A stretch of 64,000 nucleotides of DNA from contig CAJINV010000001.1 in assembly GCA_905178155.1 (NCBI GenBank), positions 481,643 to 545,642 of the forward strand, given 5' to 3'. Each line of letters begins with the position of its first letter. Positions within the stretch are counted from its first letter, which is position 1. This stretch comes from Amoebophrya sp. A120 (Eukaryota; Protista; Dinoflagellata). Shown here piece after piece: positions 24,859 to 37,000 of this stretch. Under the pieces are notes generated by a model. The model was not told the DNA's origin and searched no databases. It saw only the letters and a list, made by a program, of their open reading frames with translations. The position numbers and the translations under genes were made by a program.

Positions 24859-27800
24859 TCAGATTTTCGCTGGGCTGGTGCCCATGGCATTGTAGAACCA
24901 GTTGTCGAGGCGGGAGGTCATGGTGAGCAGAAACGCGATGCCCACCCGCTCCACGTCGCTCTCCTCGTGCGGCGGCACCATGTGCACGAGCCAGCTGGGA
25001 AAGCAGACCACGTCGCCCTTCTTCGGGAAGTAGAAGTAGGGCTGGTGAAAGGGTGCGCTCGGCTGCCATCCGTGGATAAAGGGCTTCGCCGGCTGGTCCC
25101 CCATAGCATCGTACTGGGCCCACACCGATTTGCCCCGCGGGTCCAGAATCGACAGCGGCGTACGCGTATCAACTGCAAAAGTGTCTGGGTCTAGAAAATT
25201 GGATTTGGAACTTGTAATGCTAGCTTTACATTCCTGGGAAACGTGTATTGCATAACCGACAAAAGCCGCAGCCCTTTTTGTCATTTCATTTCATTTCATT
25301 GAGTCTCTCATGCGGACTGCCTATGAGAAAGCGCTCCGGAAAGTTGTCATACTGGGCTGCATTTGGAAGCCTTTCCATCATGCACATTTTAGCATCACAA
25401 GTTTCCAGACCCAGCCATTTTTGCAATGCATAACGCGCCGGGTCGGTCGTCAGGTAAAACACGCAGCTGACGATGCTGTCCGTGTGGGTGTGCGCCTCGT
25501 GGTGCCCCCCGGCTTTGCTGTAGACCTGCAGCAACGCGTACGGGATGTAGGCCTGCCGCCTCTCCTGGTCGAACCGGCTTTCCGACTGGTACTGCAGAAA
25601 GGCCTGACCCGGGTTGGCGAATTTCCTTTTCTTCTTCAGCGCGACGGAGGAGGAACTCGTTTTCCTCTTCGCATCCACTTTCTTGGAGTTCAAAGTACTA
25701 CCCCCTCCGTTCGCGGCTTGCCACTCGTCGTCGTGCGCATCCCGATCTATCACAGGAAAAAAGTGTTATAGTTACACACTCGTTGGAGTTTCTGCATCAC
25801 AAAGTTGCTCGACATGGCTAAGAAAACCTGTGATGCAAAGACTGTAAGGGAAAACAGGAATGAAATGAGGCTGGCAAGCATAATCTGCATGACAGATGTT
25901 GTCTGTCCTGCTTGTCTCCCATCTTCAGAGTGTGTAACTGTAACACTTTTTTCTCACGATACGATCTTCATCGTTCTCACTATCGCCGTCCCCCGTTGCG
26001 CCCCGGTCTTCGAAGGCGAGCGGCATCAGAGGCTCGTCGTCCTATCAAATGCAAATATGTCTGGGTCTGGAAGAATGCAGGAGTATGTCATGCAGATTTT
26101 GCATGACCCATGAGGTCTGTGATGCATGCCCTACCATCAGAGATGCTGTGAGGGCTTTCTAATGCTCATACCGCCTGAGAAATGCCCTCTCCGTGTAGCA
26201 CAAATTGCACCTCTTTTTCTGTTCATGCAATACAGATTTCATGTAGAGTCCAAAGGTAGCATCGCAAGTTGCATCCTTCCCGACCCAGACATATTTGCAA
26301 CGCATACGTCCTCGTCGTCTTCAATTTCAATCTGTTCTATCCTGAGTAAAAACGTACCCACACCAGAGTTGTAATGCAGATTTGCAAAGACAGGAAGACT
26401 TGTAATGCGCATCCCCATGAGAGCCATGCCCAGTCGTGTTTTGGAATGTGTGATGCTGTGAACAGGATGAGCAGATGAATCTGTGACGCGGCTGCACTTG
26501 CTAACCTGCACTACCCTGCAGAGCGCAACTTGTCATGCGTGACTCACAAAACTCCTAGGTTTGTGTTGCAAAATCCCCATCCTAACTCTGGTGTGGGTAC
26601 GTTTTTACTCAGGATATGTTCGACGTCCTCCTCCTCGCCGTCTGCAGCAGCTTCCCCCGTTTTGTTTCCGAAAAATTCGTTCCGGAAAGAATCCCCGAAA
26701 CTAGCGTCGTCGCTATGCATTGCAAATATGTCTGGGTCTCCTGGAAACTTGTGATGCAAGTCCGTGAACAATAAGTGCTCTGTAATGCGCCGCCAAGCAT
26801 GACAAGTTTTTTGTTTTTCGTGATTCTGTGATGCGCCTTTCGCATGAGCAACTGCGCTTTTGCATGACAGGCAAGAGGACCTCTTGGTGGCCACGCGGCA
26901 ATACAGAGTGCACAGACCACGTGCCAGACTGGCATGACAAATCTCGCAATCTTCCAGACCCAGACATATTTGCACTTGATAGTCGCCGCCGCGAAACAAG
27001 GAGGACTGTTTGTTGAAATACCGCTCCAGGTCGATGCCCAGAACGTTGCCCGCAAACCCCAGCGCCACCGACTCAAGGGCGGCGACCACGCTGGTCATTT
27101 CGCGCGCACGGTCGCCGCGGTAGAGCGAAATCCACTTTTTGTTGGTCGCGTACTGCCGCGGGTGCGTGCTCTGAACCGAGTAGAACCGCCCCTTCACGTG
27201 GTCGTCCATGTCTGCGGCCGTGATTTTTTGCTTGGTTTTGGTCTTCTCTTTGATCAGCTTCTTTTCCTTCTTCGCTACCTTGCGGTACTTGGTCACCGCT
27301 AGGTCCCGCAAATTATCGATGACTTCTTCCGATACCTTGGTCCCCATAATGTTCTGTACCGCGACGTTTGTCGCAAAAATTTGCATGATCTGCATCTTCT
27401 TCTTCTTGGAAGTTCTTGCACTACTTGTTTGCGCTTTCTCTAGTACAACTTCGCTGCTCGTTGCAGTGCTGCTGGTGGCCTTTACTTCCTTTATTTTTGC
27501 AGTCGTTGTAGTTTTAGGTGCTTGTTCTACTTTCCCTGATTTCTTTTTTGCATTTTTCTTACTGCTTGCTGCTGTTTTTGTACCAGTAGCAGTCTTCTCG
27601 TCATCAACTGCCTCCCCTGCCTCCTTCCCCGCGACTGTCGACGTCCCTCGCCTCGCTAGTTCGCGGTCGACTAAGGTACGTCCTGAAAACTTTTCCAAGA
27701 TTCCCGTCGTGACAAAGTCGGAGTTGTGGAAGGCCAGGTGGTCGGGGGGCGAGAGCCGCACCAGTCCGAGCGCCGCCTTCTGTACGCAATAGAAAAACTT

Positions 27801-30504
27801 CGCAAGTGTAACAAGTCTGTAAAAATGCAAAGCATGCCATTTGCCAGTCGTGCTGGCCAGCCATGAGGTCATCTTTCAACATATGTCGTGCTTTCACATA
27901 CTAATTAGCTGTGCATGACAGGCTTTCTCTGTCATGCAGGGCAAATACTTCGCCCTGCTGTCACTCCACGACGCTACACGAACAGAGTTTTCATCTCCTT
28001 CGATATTTTGCAGTTGGAAGGAGGCACAGGAAAACGCCGGCTTGTCCAGCACGGCTATCAAATGCAAATATGTCTGGGTCTGGAGGGATGCAACTTGTCA
28101 TGCTACCTCTGCATCTTGCAAAAATCTGCGTTGCATGAGATGCACCAAAAGTTGTCCAGCATTTTTGACCAAGGCCAGAGGCAGTTTCTCATGTAGGAGA
28201 GGCATGCTAGAGATCTCACAGAATCTGTCATGCTAGGACCTACATTCGAGACCACATCCATGCGCCATGGAAAACCTGCATGACAAAATTCGCAATCTCC
28301 CAGACCCAGACATTTTTGAAATGCATAACGGCTACCGCGTCGCCGTGCTGCTTCCGCCCCATCTCGATCCGGTCCTTGACCTGTTTGGCCACAAATTTCA
28401 CCCACCAGACCCCGCGGGACAGGCCGACGCCGGTGAGAAACGATTTTCCGTACAGCAGCAAGTTGCACTCCACGCGCCGCGCGTTTTGCTCCAGCAGATA
28501 CACGGCGAGCTCCCGCTTCGTCACGTTCGCGCCCAGCTCCTCGCGCATCTCGTCGAACACCCGCTGCGCGTCCGAGTAGTACCGCATCTGCTGTGCCAAG
28601 GCGGCCGTCACGTCCTTCAAATTGCTAGCAGCGTACCAGCTGATGTGCTTCCCATTCGGAGGCAGGTTGTAAATCGCCCCGGGCTATCAAATGTAAAAGT
28701 GTCTGGGTCTGGAAACTTTTGATGCTGGGTGGCGTCTCATGATGAGGCCACAAATGCTGGCTCAGCATGACAAGTTTCTGAGCTTCTAGGTGTTGCCTAT
28801 TCTGCATGACAAACTGCGTTTTTGCATCACAGAAAAATGGAGCTCTTGGGTAACGTGCATGACAAATTCTCGAGTCATGGCAGACAAGCATGACAAGCCT
28901 GGCACTCTTCCAGACCCAGACATTTTTGCAGTTGATACGGGCTTCTGGCTACTTTCCTGCACACTGGGGTGGATGTTTGCCGTCTTCACCCAGGCCGACT
29001 GCGCTAAGTGCTCCGTGTCCCAGGGCCGGTCGGCACAGTAGTCCGGCACGAATTCCACCTCTAAGCCCCCTTTATTCTTGATGTCGTCCTCCTCCGCCTG
29101 CGCGTTCCCATACATGTCCTCAGCCATGTCCAGCAGGTGGCGTATCAAATGTAAAAGTGTCTGGGTCTGGAACATTCTAAACATGTGATGCTGTCTCTGG
29201 ATTCTGAGAAAACTTGTATTGCATGACCAGCAAGAGGACTCCAGTTTGTGCTACGCGGAGAGGGTATTTCTCATGCTGTAGAGGTATCACAAAGCGCTCT
29301 AAAAATCTGTGATGCTACGGCATGCATCACAGACATCATGAATCATGGGAAATATTATGCATGACAAATCCAGAAATCTCCCAGACCCAGACATTTTTGC
29401 ATTCCATATGGTGGTCCAAACCCCCAAACTGCATGGAGAACAGCATCTCCTCCTCGGCCGAGCCCACCTGGGGGGCAAACGCGTGGTTCGACACGGTGGT
29501 GCCGTCCTTCGTCTTTTCGTTGCAGTTTTGGATAAACTCGCTGCTGAGCCCCTCCTCGAACACCTTCTCGGTGTACAGCTCGAACCCCCGACTCAGCATG
29601 GACAGGCCCGCTTCCACGCGCATCACCGGCTGCTCCTGCACTACGTCGGCCGTGAGCAGCATGAGTTCCCCGGCGCGGAGCCACATCTCCGGACTGTGAA
29701 CGTCCAGGTCGAGCGCGGCCAATACCTGCGACTCCTATTGTAAGGAAAAATCTCCCCTCCCTATATCGAACAGGAGATCATTTGTGATGCTGGATTTGCG
29801 TAAGTACACAAATCTCCTTGCATTGCTAGAAGGCCGAGAGACGCAGAGGCGGCCTCGGTCGCAGGCAATTTGTCATGCTGTTTCCCGTTTCCTGTTGCTA
29901 TCTGTCATGCTGAAGACGCAAGGCTTACCCACGCCAGCCAGCACTAGAGTCTGCATCTCGATCTCTTCCGTTGTAGCATGACAGTGGGATTTGTGATCAC
30001 AAACCATGCTACACAAATCTCCATTTGAGCATGGGGAGGGGAGATTTTTCATTGTAATAACTCCGCTTGGAGAATCATGATCCCCGGGTCCCGCTTGTCC
30101 TCGTTTTGCCGCGCCTTTTCCTCGTCGCCCATCTGGTCACTGTATTTGCCCTGCGGGCCCCAGTAGTGGAACACCTCCGCGAGTAAGTCCAGCGCCCGCC
30201 GTAAATACCCCGGGGCGTTCTTCGCGGCCCACTCTTGGATCCAATCGGTTCGCCCCGCGAACGTTTGCAGCTCCGAGGGGCTCATGCGGCCCAACTCCTC
30301 TTCGGACATACTGCGCAAGTTCTTCCTCGCGCCGCCCACTTCGCTGTCGTGGATCTGCCACGTGTTGCCGAGCATGCGGGAGGGCGAGAAAGGGTTTATT
30401 GCACCAACTGGGGGTACTTCTTCTGCATGTTGTTCAAGACCTTTCGCCGCCACCAGAAGGTCCCAGAGAAGGAAGAACGCGAAATAAACACACGGACTCA
30501 ACAT
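24859..30504 (-). CDS. Secreted TIGR02466-like 2OG-Fe(II) oxygenase protein, paralog 2 (about 988 aa, 10 introners)
   Basis: Signal-like MLSPCVYFAFFLLWDLLVAAKG; motifs HEAHTHTDSIVSCVFY, ILDPRG, GDVVCFPSWLVHMVPPH..RVGIAF; spliced length 2967 nt, a whole number of codons. Confidence 0.85.
25167..25432. mobile_element. Introner family A
   Basis: DR ACGCG; interior resembles the reverse complement of 32132-32385. Confidence 0.9.
25748..25961. mobile_element. Introner family F
   Basis: TIR TATC...GAAAAAAGTGTTATAGTTACACACTC / GAGTGTGTAACTGTAACACTTTTTTC...GATA; DR CGATC. Confidence 0.9.
26043..26306. mobile_element. Introner family A
   Basis: Family A TIRs; DR CGTCC. Confidence 0.92.
26338..26616. 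mobile_element. Introner family C
   Basis: Perfect long TIR TATCCTGAGTAAAAACGTACCCACACCAGAGTT; DR TGTTC. Confidence 0.94.
26714..26981. mobile_element. Introner family A
   Basis: Family A TIRs; DR GTCGC. Confidence 0.92.
27783..28005. mobile_element. Degenerate introner (family G)
   Basis: TACG..GAAAAACT / AGTTTTCA..CGATA; DR TTCTG/TTTTG; removal gives FQLQKAALG. Confidence 0.7.
28056..28327. mobile_element. Introner family A (inverted relative to 1937-2201)
   Basis: Family A TIRs; DR ACGGC. Confidence 0.92.
28685..28937. mobile_element. Introner family A
   Basis: Family A TIRs; DR CGGGC. Confidence 0.92.
29143..29408. mobile_element. Introner family A
   Basis: Family A TIRs; DR TGGCG/TGGTG. 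Confidence 0.9.
29736..30059. mobile_element. Introner family D
   Basis: TATT..GAAAAATCTCCCCTCCC / GGGGAGGGGAGATTTTTC..AATA; DR ACTCC. Confidence 0.9.
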
Positions 30505-31037
30505 CTTTTTCCGAGTCACTATATTGATACAGATACTGTTACCGAGACACGACTTTTTCTTCAAATACAAAACTTAGTTTTACTAATCCATCTTTCCGGC
30601 CCAGCTGTTGTACGTGGAAGGATCTGTCACATTGCACCTGGACCTGTATTCTCCTTCTGTGTTTACTTCTGTTCGAGAAATCAGCCACCTACCAAACGCT
30701 ATTTAGGCAGAAACCGATCTTCCCGGCTGCAACGATGAGCGCAACAAGATTTTTGGCAACTGTATGAAAAACGAACATACGTACATATTTATAATTCCTA
30801 ACATGTATTTCTGTTTTGCTGTTCCTTCACTTTTTTCGAGGGACGAGATGCAAAGGCCAACAGATGTAAGTAGCAATAAACACGATCAAGGCACAATCTT
30901 ATCTCTTCACATGTTTTTCGTATCCACAACCACAGCTCGTTTTTTTTGCAAAAAATGATGACACAACGCAAAAAATCTTTCAGTTTCAACACATACTCTT
31001 TCAACAGAACTTAAACTGATTCTTAATGATACTCCCC

Positions 31038-34000
31038 TCATGCCACGGCCGCCGCACCGTGAAACCAGTGGTCAATGCGATTGGGCGCCATCAGCAGAAA
31101 AGCGATTCCCACCCGGTAGCCCGTTTCCTTCCCGTGTGGCGGCACCTGGTGCACGAGCCACGAGGGAAAGCAGACCACGTCCCCCCTCTTATGGAACTGT
31201 CAGGATCGAAATCGACAAAGTTGAAATGATTTGCCATGCATAAAATGGATGCCATTTGTAACCCAGTTTCCAAGTGGCGCATGACAAAATTGGGTTGTAG
31301 AGCCGAAATCCAGTTTGTCATGCTGGTTGGGAAGGTAGGACAACTTTTGTCATGCTACTTTAGCAGCTCCACTTCCACCCCTCAACAGGCTTACAATCTG
31401 TCTCAATTGCCTACTCTGCAACACAGGCACTTTGTCGGTTGCATTTTATGCATGAAAAATCATTTCGACTCTGTCGATTTCGATCCTGACACTCCCATAC
31501 TTCTTCGGAAAAACGTAATACGGCTGGTGGAACGGCGCGTTCGGCTGCCAGCCCGCGTTGAATGGCACTGCCGGAGATTTCTTGTTGTTCTCCTTGTAAT
31601 CGAAGAAAACGCCAGGCTGTCCTGTGGCAAAAAGCTATAGCAACTGCACATCCAAGGACTAGGACGATGAAGTACCGCATGTTTCAATCACAACAACTTG
31701 TAGTAGTTGTACCATCCGCGTGCTTGTGAGTGCTTACTGTGTCTATGGATACAACTGCGCCTATGGATACAACTGCGCCTATGGATACAACTGCGCTCTT
31801 TCTGTGTTAATGTGCATCTACTTCAACTATCGCATTTATACGCAGACTTTGTATACTTACGTACAAGAACCGTGCTCTGCTAAGCTATTTCCCCGCTGAT
31901 ATCTTTCCGCGCGGGTCCAGAAAAATCAACGGCGTCTCCATTCCGTCGCTTCTCAAGTAAACCGCACAGCTGACAATGCCGGAATGGTGCGTGTGCACCG
32001 GGTGCTGCCCATCTTTATCCGCGACCAGGGTCCAGTGAAAAGAAATGTAGGGCTGCCGCCGTCTCGGGTCGAAAAGCGTCCGTTCTTGGAACTCCATAAA
32101 CTCCTGGACTAAATCGGACCTGCCGCGTACTTATCAACTGCAAATATGTCTGGGTCTGGAAATTCGTGATGCTGAAATGTGCATTAGTGAAATACTTCCC
32201 AATGAAGCCAAGCATGACAAGTTTTCCGGACACTTTCTCATGCGCAGTCCGCATGAGAATAAACTGCCCTTTTGTATAACAAAGGAGGTGTCGTTTTGTT
32301 AGTCATGCAATACAGATTTTACAGCAACGTAGGACTAGCATCACAAGTTCAATGTTTCCAGACCCAGACATTTTTGCAATCCATAGTGCTTCATTTTCTG
32401 TTCTTTCGGGTTGAAACAGAGACAACTGGTTCAAAGACGTCACGGTGGACCGGCTGCGGTTTGTATTCTATCTTGTGCAAAAGTATCGTACTCGTACTAA
32501 TTGCTTTTATGCATTACAAATCTTTTTCCTAAGGCAGAACCGCATTACAAACTTAATTTGTAATGTTAAGGAAATTTGTAATGCAATTTTTTTTTTTCCT
32601 AGGCTCCTAGCGTGTCGGTTTTGCGCTGTTCTTGCTTTTCTTTCTTTTGATTTTCTTTTCATTTTTTTTTGATTTTTTGATTTATTTTGTCATCTTGTGC
32701 TGATTATTTTCTTGTCCTGTGTTGTTCTTTTTCTCTTTATCATTTTCTTTTCATTTTTTTTTAATTTCTTTTGCGCTTTGTTTGATTTTTCTTTTTCTTT
32801 CTTTTGTTATCGACACGCTGAGAGCGGGGGGCGTTTCACGAAGAAGAGCGCGGGTATACTCGGCGTTCCCGTGGCCATTGGCCCTACCTTTTTGATATTC
32901 TCCGCGGCGAATCCTCGCGGGGTGGCACCGTCGCGTCCTTGGCAATCGATCTCTGTGCAAGCCCCTTCTGCTTCCCTCCTCCAGGCTTAGGCCTCCCCTG
33001 AGCAGTAACAGAACCTCTTTCTCCTCCAGACGTAGACGCGGCAATGTACACCATGACCATACGAAGCAGGCCTCGTAGAGGCAACGCGCAACATGACATC
33101 ACGAGCTGAACAATCCTCATTTTCATTTTTTGTTTCTATAATTCCTAACGCAGCTATGACGGTGTGCTTCTTAGTAAGGCAAGCACATATCAATCTAAAA
33201 GCCGAGGCAATGCATTTGTGAAATAGCGCCTAAAGCTTACACTTACTACACTTCCTACACACGCACACACATACGCTTTTATCTTCTTCGCTTACTCTGT
33301 TACTTTTATCATGCTCTACTCCATGTCAATATCTGATAAATTAATTACTCTACTTTTCTGCTCTCCGCACCTGAAGCGGGCGGTCCCTGTTTTTCCTGTT
33401 GCTTTTTGTGTTGAGACGCTCACCAAGTGGTCTACGAACATTTCCAATACTACATCTGACGACTGCGGTCATCGTTTCACCCGCTACGACTTCAAACGAC
33501 TTCCTTTCATTCCGACGAGCAACGAGGCTGAAGCGAGAACGATAGACGAAAAAATTTGAAGTACCAGGTCCCTGTCTTACTTTACTTCAACTTTCTTTCT
33601 TCTTCCAGGGGACTAGGCGACAAAGCCACGCACTATGTACAAGGTTATTCTAGGGCGCTGTTTGGTACAAGTATAGATTCTAATTTTTCAGCAGCGAGCG
33701 GCAAAGTCACCAAGATCTGGCAGTGGGGTTCCCTCTTTGAAGTCATCGCGGGATGCGCGGCAGGGACCTGTTTGATTAATTTTTTGTGATTATGAATATA
33801 CTTTTTGCTTCATCTTCATGTTATGAATAACTGCCTTGCTACTTCATAAATAAGTGTAAGTCGACATATTTTTAGAAAAAGTGACAAATCAGCATTACAA
33901 ATTGATGATAAGTATAAAAACGAGATCAACTCTCGCGCGTGACCTTCTTCATAGGGCGCGCTCTTTCGACCTGCCCTGTGCACTGTGTTGCCCGAATACA

Positions 34001-37000
34001 AGGGCTCGCCGGAACAGTAAGACAGAAAATAGCCTCAGGGCTAAACTCGTGCCTCCGCCCCAGCCCGGCGGCTAAGTAAAGAAAGAGACAGGGATCTACT
34101 TAGAGGGACAGCTCTTCTCCCGGCTCCAGCAGTCCGTGAGCTGCGCTGTAGCTAATATCTAATGCCTCGTGGCGCTCAGGCTCACAGAAGCCGACAGTGC
34201 ACAATAAAAACAAAAAGCAGGCCTGTAGTACTCGCTACAATAATACCATCCTACCCTCAGCCCGATGCTGTGGTGAAGAGAGGCCGGAGGCGACTCCTAC
34301 TAAGCCCGACCAGTATGGCATCCCGCGCAGCGATGCCAGACCATGCCCAGTCGACGAGTAAGAGGGCGCAGTCAGTATGGCGCCAGAGGACGAAGCAAAA
34401 CAGCGAAGACCAACAGGACGCAACCCTCTCAACACCTAGGCCTGCTCCCCCGGCCGAGGTATCACGATCTCGCAGTACATTCTTTTAGGCAGAAATCCTC
34501 TACCCGCAGCGCCAACAACTACGCTCTTTACTGCTACCCCCGCATTACAGTCTTTAAGAATTCCGCTGCAATATGTCTACACAAACACATCCAAACTTGA
34601 GACATTCTCCTATGTTGAGCCGCAAAATTACTATACCTGGTATCTTCATTCATCTTGACCTATTCCGTCTTCGTTCTCAGCCCCACTCGTGGTTGTTGAT
34701 TTCGTTTTTCTTTTTGTTGCAAGCATTTCTCGAGTTGTTTGTTTTTTCACTTGTGATGAATGCGCTCCTGTAGTTTAGATTTTTTGAAGTTTTTCATTTT
34801 TTTCAATTCATACTATCTGCCACTGCTTATCATCTTCTCCTGGTGAGATATTTCGCTGGAATCTTATCTGTAAAAACAAAACTGCCTGCCATTGCATCCA
34901 TTTTCTCATATGAGTTTGGTAGTTTCTCATGTTGCTTTGCTGCCTTTTCAATTGTAGATCCTATTTTTTCAATGCAGTTCCCCACCCTTTCTCGAAAGAA
35001 GTCATGGGTTAGCTTTGCTTCTTCATCTACGACAAACCCCAACACCCTCCTCGGGTTTCTCAAAAGCTCCCGGCCTATAGTAGGCGGGCAGCTCTCAAAA
35101 CCAAAGTGGCGCACGCGCGGCTTTTTTACCTCCGGACACTCAAAGAGAATATGATCAACACCACACTGGTGGGCCTTCAGGCATTTGCTGCGTTTTTGTT
35201 GCATTTTTCCATCGACAAAAAGAATCTCGCCACAGCCAAGATGAGGCTGAGGCGCGATCCCCAACCAAATCCAAAAGTAGAGCAGTTCCGACCCCCGGTT
35301 GGGAAAGACCCCTACGGGCGGTCTGAACCCCCCCAGAGACTTCGCGCGCTCGCGCAAGTACTCCGAGGCAGAGGAGCTCTTTTCGAGATTTTCAGCCAAT
35401 ATTCTTTTCAAAAGTAGGCGCCGCAGAATAGGCGCCGTAATCATCTTTTTATAGATCGGCCGCTCTGCTTCATCGCTGTAGTCCTGCACCCCATCACCCC
35501 ACATCTCCTTGTAGATGTTCGTGAGGTGATCCGCGCAGTCGTTGGCTATTTGGCCGCAGTGCCCCGGTGTCCACCTGAAGTGAAACCATACCTCTTCCTC
35601 TTCGTTCGGTTTCTCCCCTATGCAGGCGGCTTGTATTTGCTCCATGTGCTTCATTATGCAGTGGATCATCTCGTTGCTGCTATCGTTAAAGCACTCCAGT
35701 GCCTGCACTATGCTGTTGCTGTCCAGGAAAAAGTAAAAACGCCGAAGCATGTGCTTGATGTGTGGGCTAGTCCTAATCTTCTGCTCTATTTCTTTTAGTT
35801 GCTGTATCAGACCAATGCACTCCGCATCAAAGGAATCTGTTTGCACATCTTCTAATGGTGCGCAGATATATGCCCCAGATATCCAAACTGGGTCCGGAAA
35901 GCTGCCTTCTCCTGGCTGCTTCCGTTTGTAGTTCACCCGTGCCTCCGTCCCCAACGGGCTCCCACCACCAACTCGCCCCCGCCCCCACGCCCAGATTGCG
36001 ATCCTTATCCACTAGTCCATCCGTAGCTGATACCAGATTCCCCTGCGACTTCCTTAGAAGCCCCCGCACCAGTGCATTATGTGCTTTCGCGACTACTCTT
36101 CTCGCTTTCCCTAACTCCTCGCCCTTCAGCCCGGAAAGTTGTCCCAAGCCCATGTCCTCCCCTATCCTGTCCATCGGCCTGGCATCTAGGTTCACCCCCC
36201 TCCAGAAGATCTTTCCTATGTAGAGCCGGTTTGTGCTAAAATGACTATGAACATCTGCAAAATTCTTCTTCGACATATGCCTAGTCGTATCTGTCCACGC
36301 GACATGCTTCCCATCCATGCCTAGCAAGAACTTTACTGGGTCGCTGTCATCTTCTTTTTCAAAAACTTTCTTTACATCCTCGCAGGGCGCTTTTTCTAGT
36401 GGCCAGAGATCCAGCTGCGCACCTTTGTAGTAGAGCATCAAGTTCTCTACTACAAAGAGCGAGTGGATATCTGGTATGCCTGCACAATGATGCAAAATCG
36501 TACTTGGTGTCTGCTTCGGCAGCATTGCATGGCCCTTCAAATATTTCGAGGTGTCTTTTTTTCGTTGCAACTTGTTCTGCTTCTTGAAATACTGAAAAAA
36601 AGGCACGCTGTTCGACAATATCGCGCTATATATTAGTGAGACATAGACATCTATTCGCGCTGTCAGGCGTAAGTTTTTGAGGCGGGCTACGCTTGAGTTT
36701 TCTTGTGTCATCTTTTTCCTCATTATTTCATAGTGCGAGGAAAAGTGCCAAGTCCCATCATAGAAAAAGCCAAGGGATCTGCTTGCGTCATTGACTTCTA
36801 CCTTTTTGTCCACCCCTACATCATAAAAAACCGCTTCGGACTTAGTTTCCTCGAAAAAGATAAGTTTCTCCCTCCCCGTACGCACCAGGTCCTTTTTTAG
36901 CTTTGTCACTTCTTCCATGTCCCCTATCCCACACTGGCTATTATCATCGGAGTACTGTGCTTGACTTCCGTCTTCATTTAGCACTGCCGTCTTCTTTACC

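Noticed and set aside
31638-31882. Alternative element boundary with DR AGCTA
   Set aside because: It would leave an in-frame stop; AGCTA is better explained as part of the longer degenerate TIR.
31885-31887. In-frame TAG suggesting stop-codon reassignment, as reported for one Amoebophrya lineage
   Set aside because: The TAG falls inside the inferred intron 31613-31901, and long ORFs (1447 aa) contain no internal stops under the standard code.
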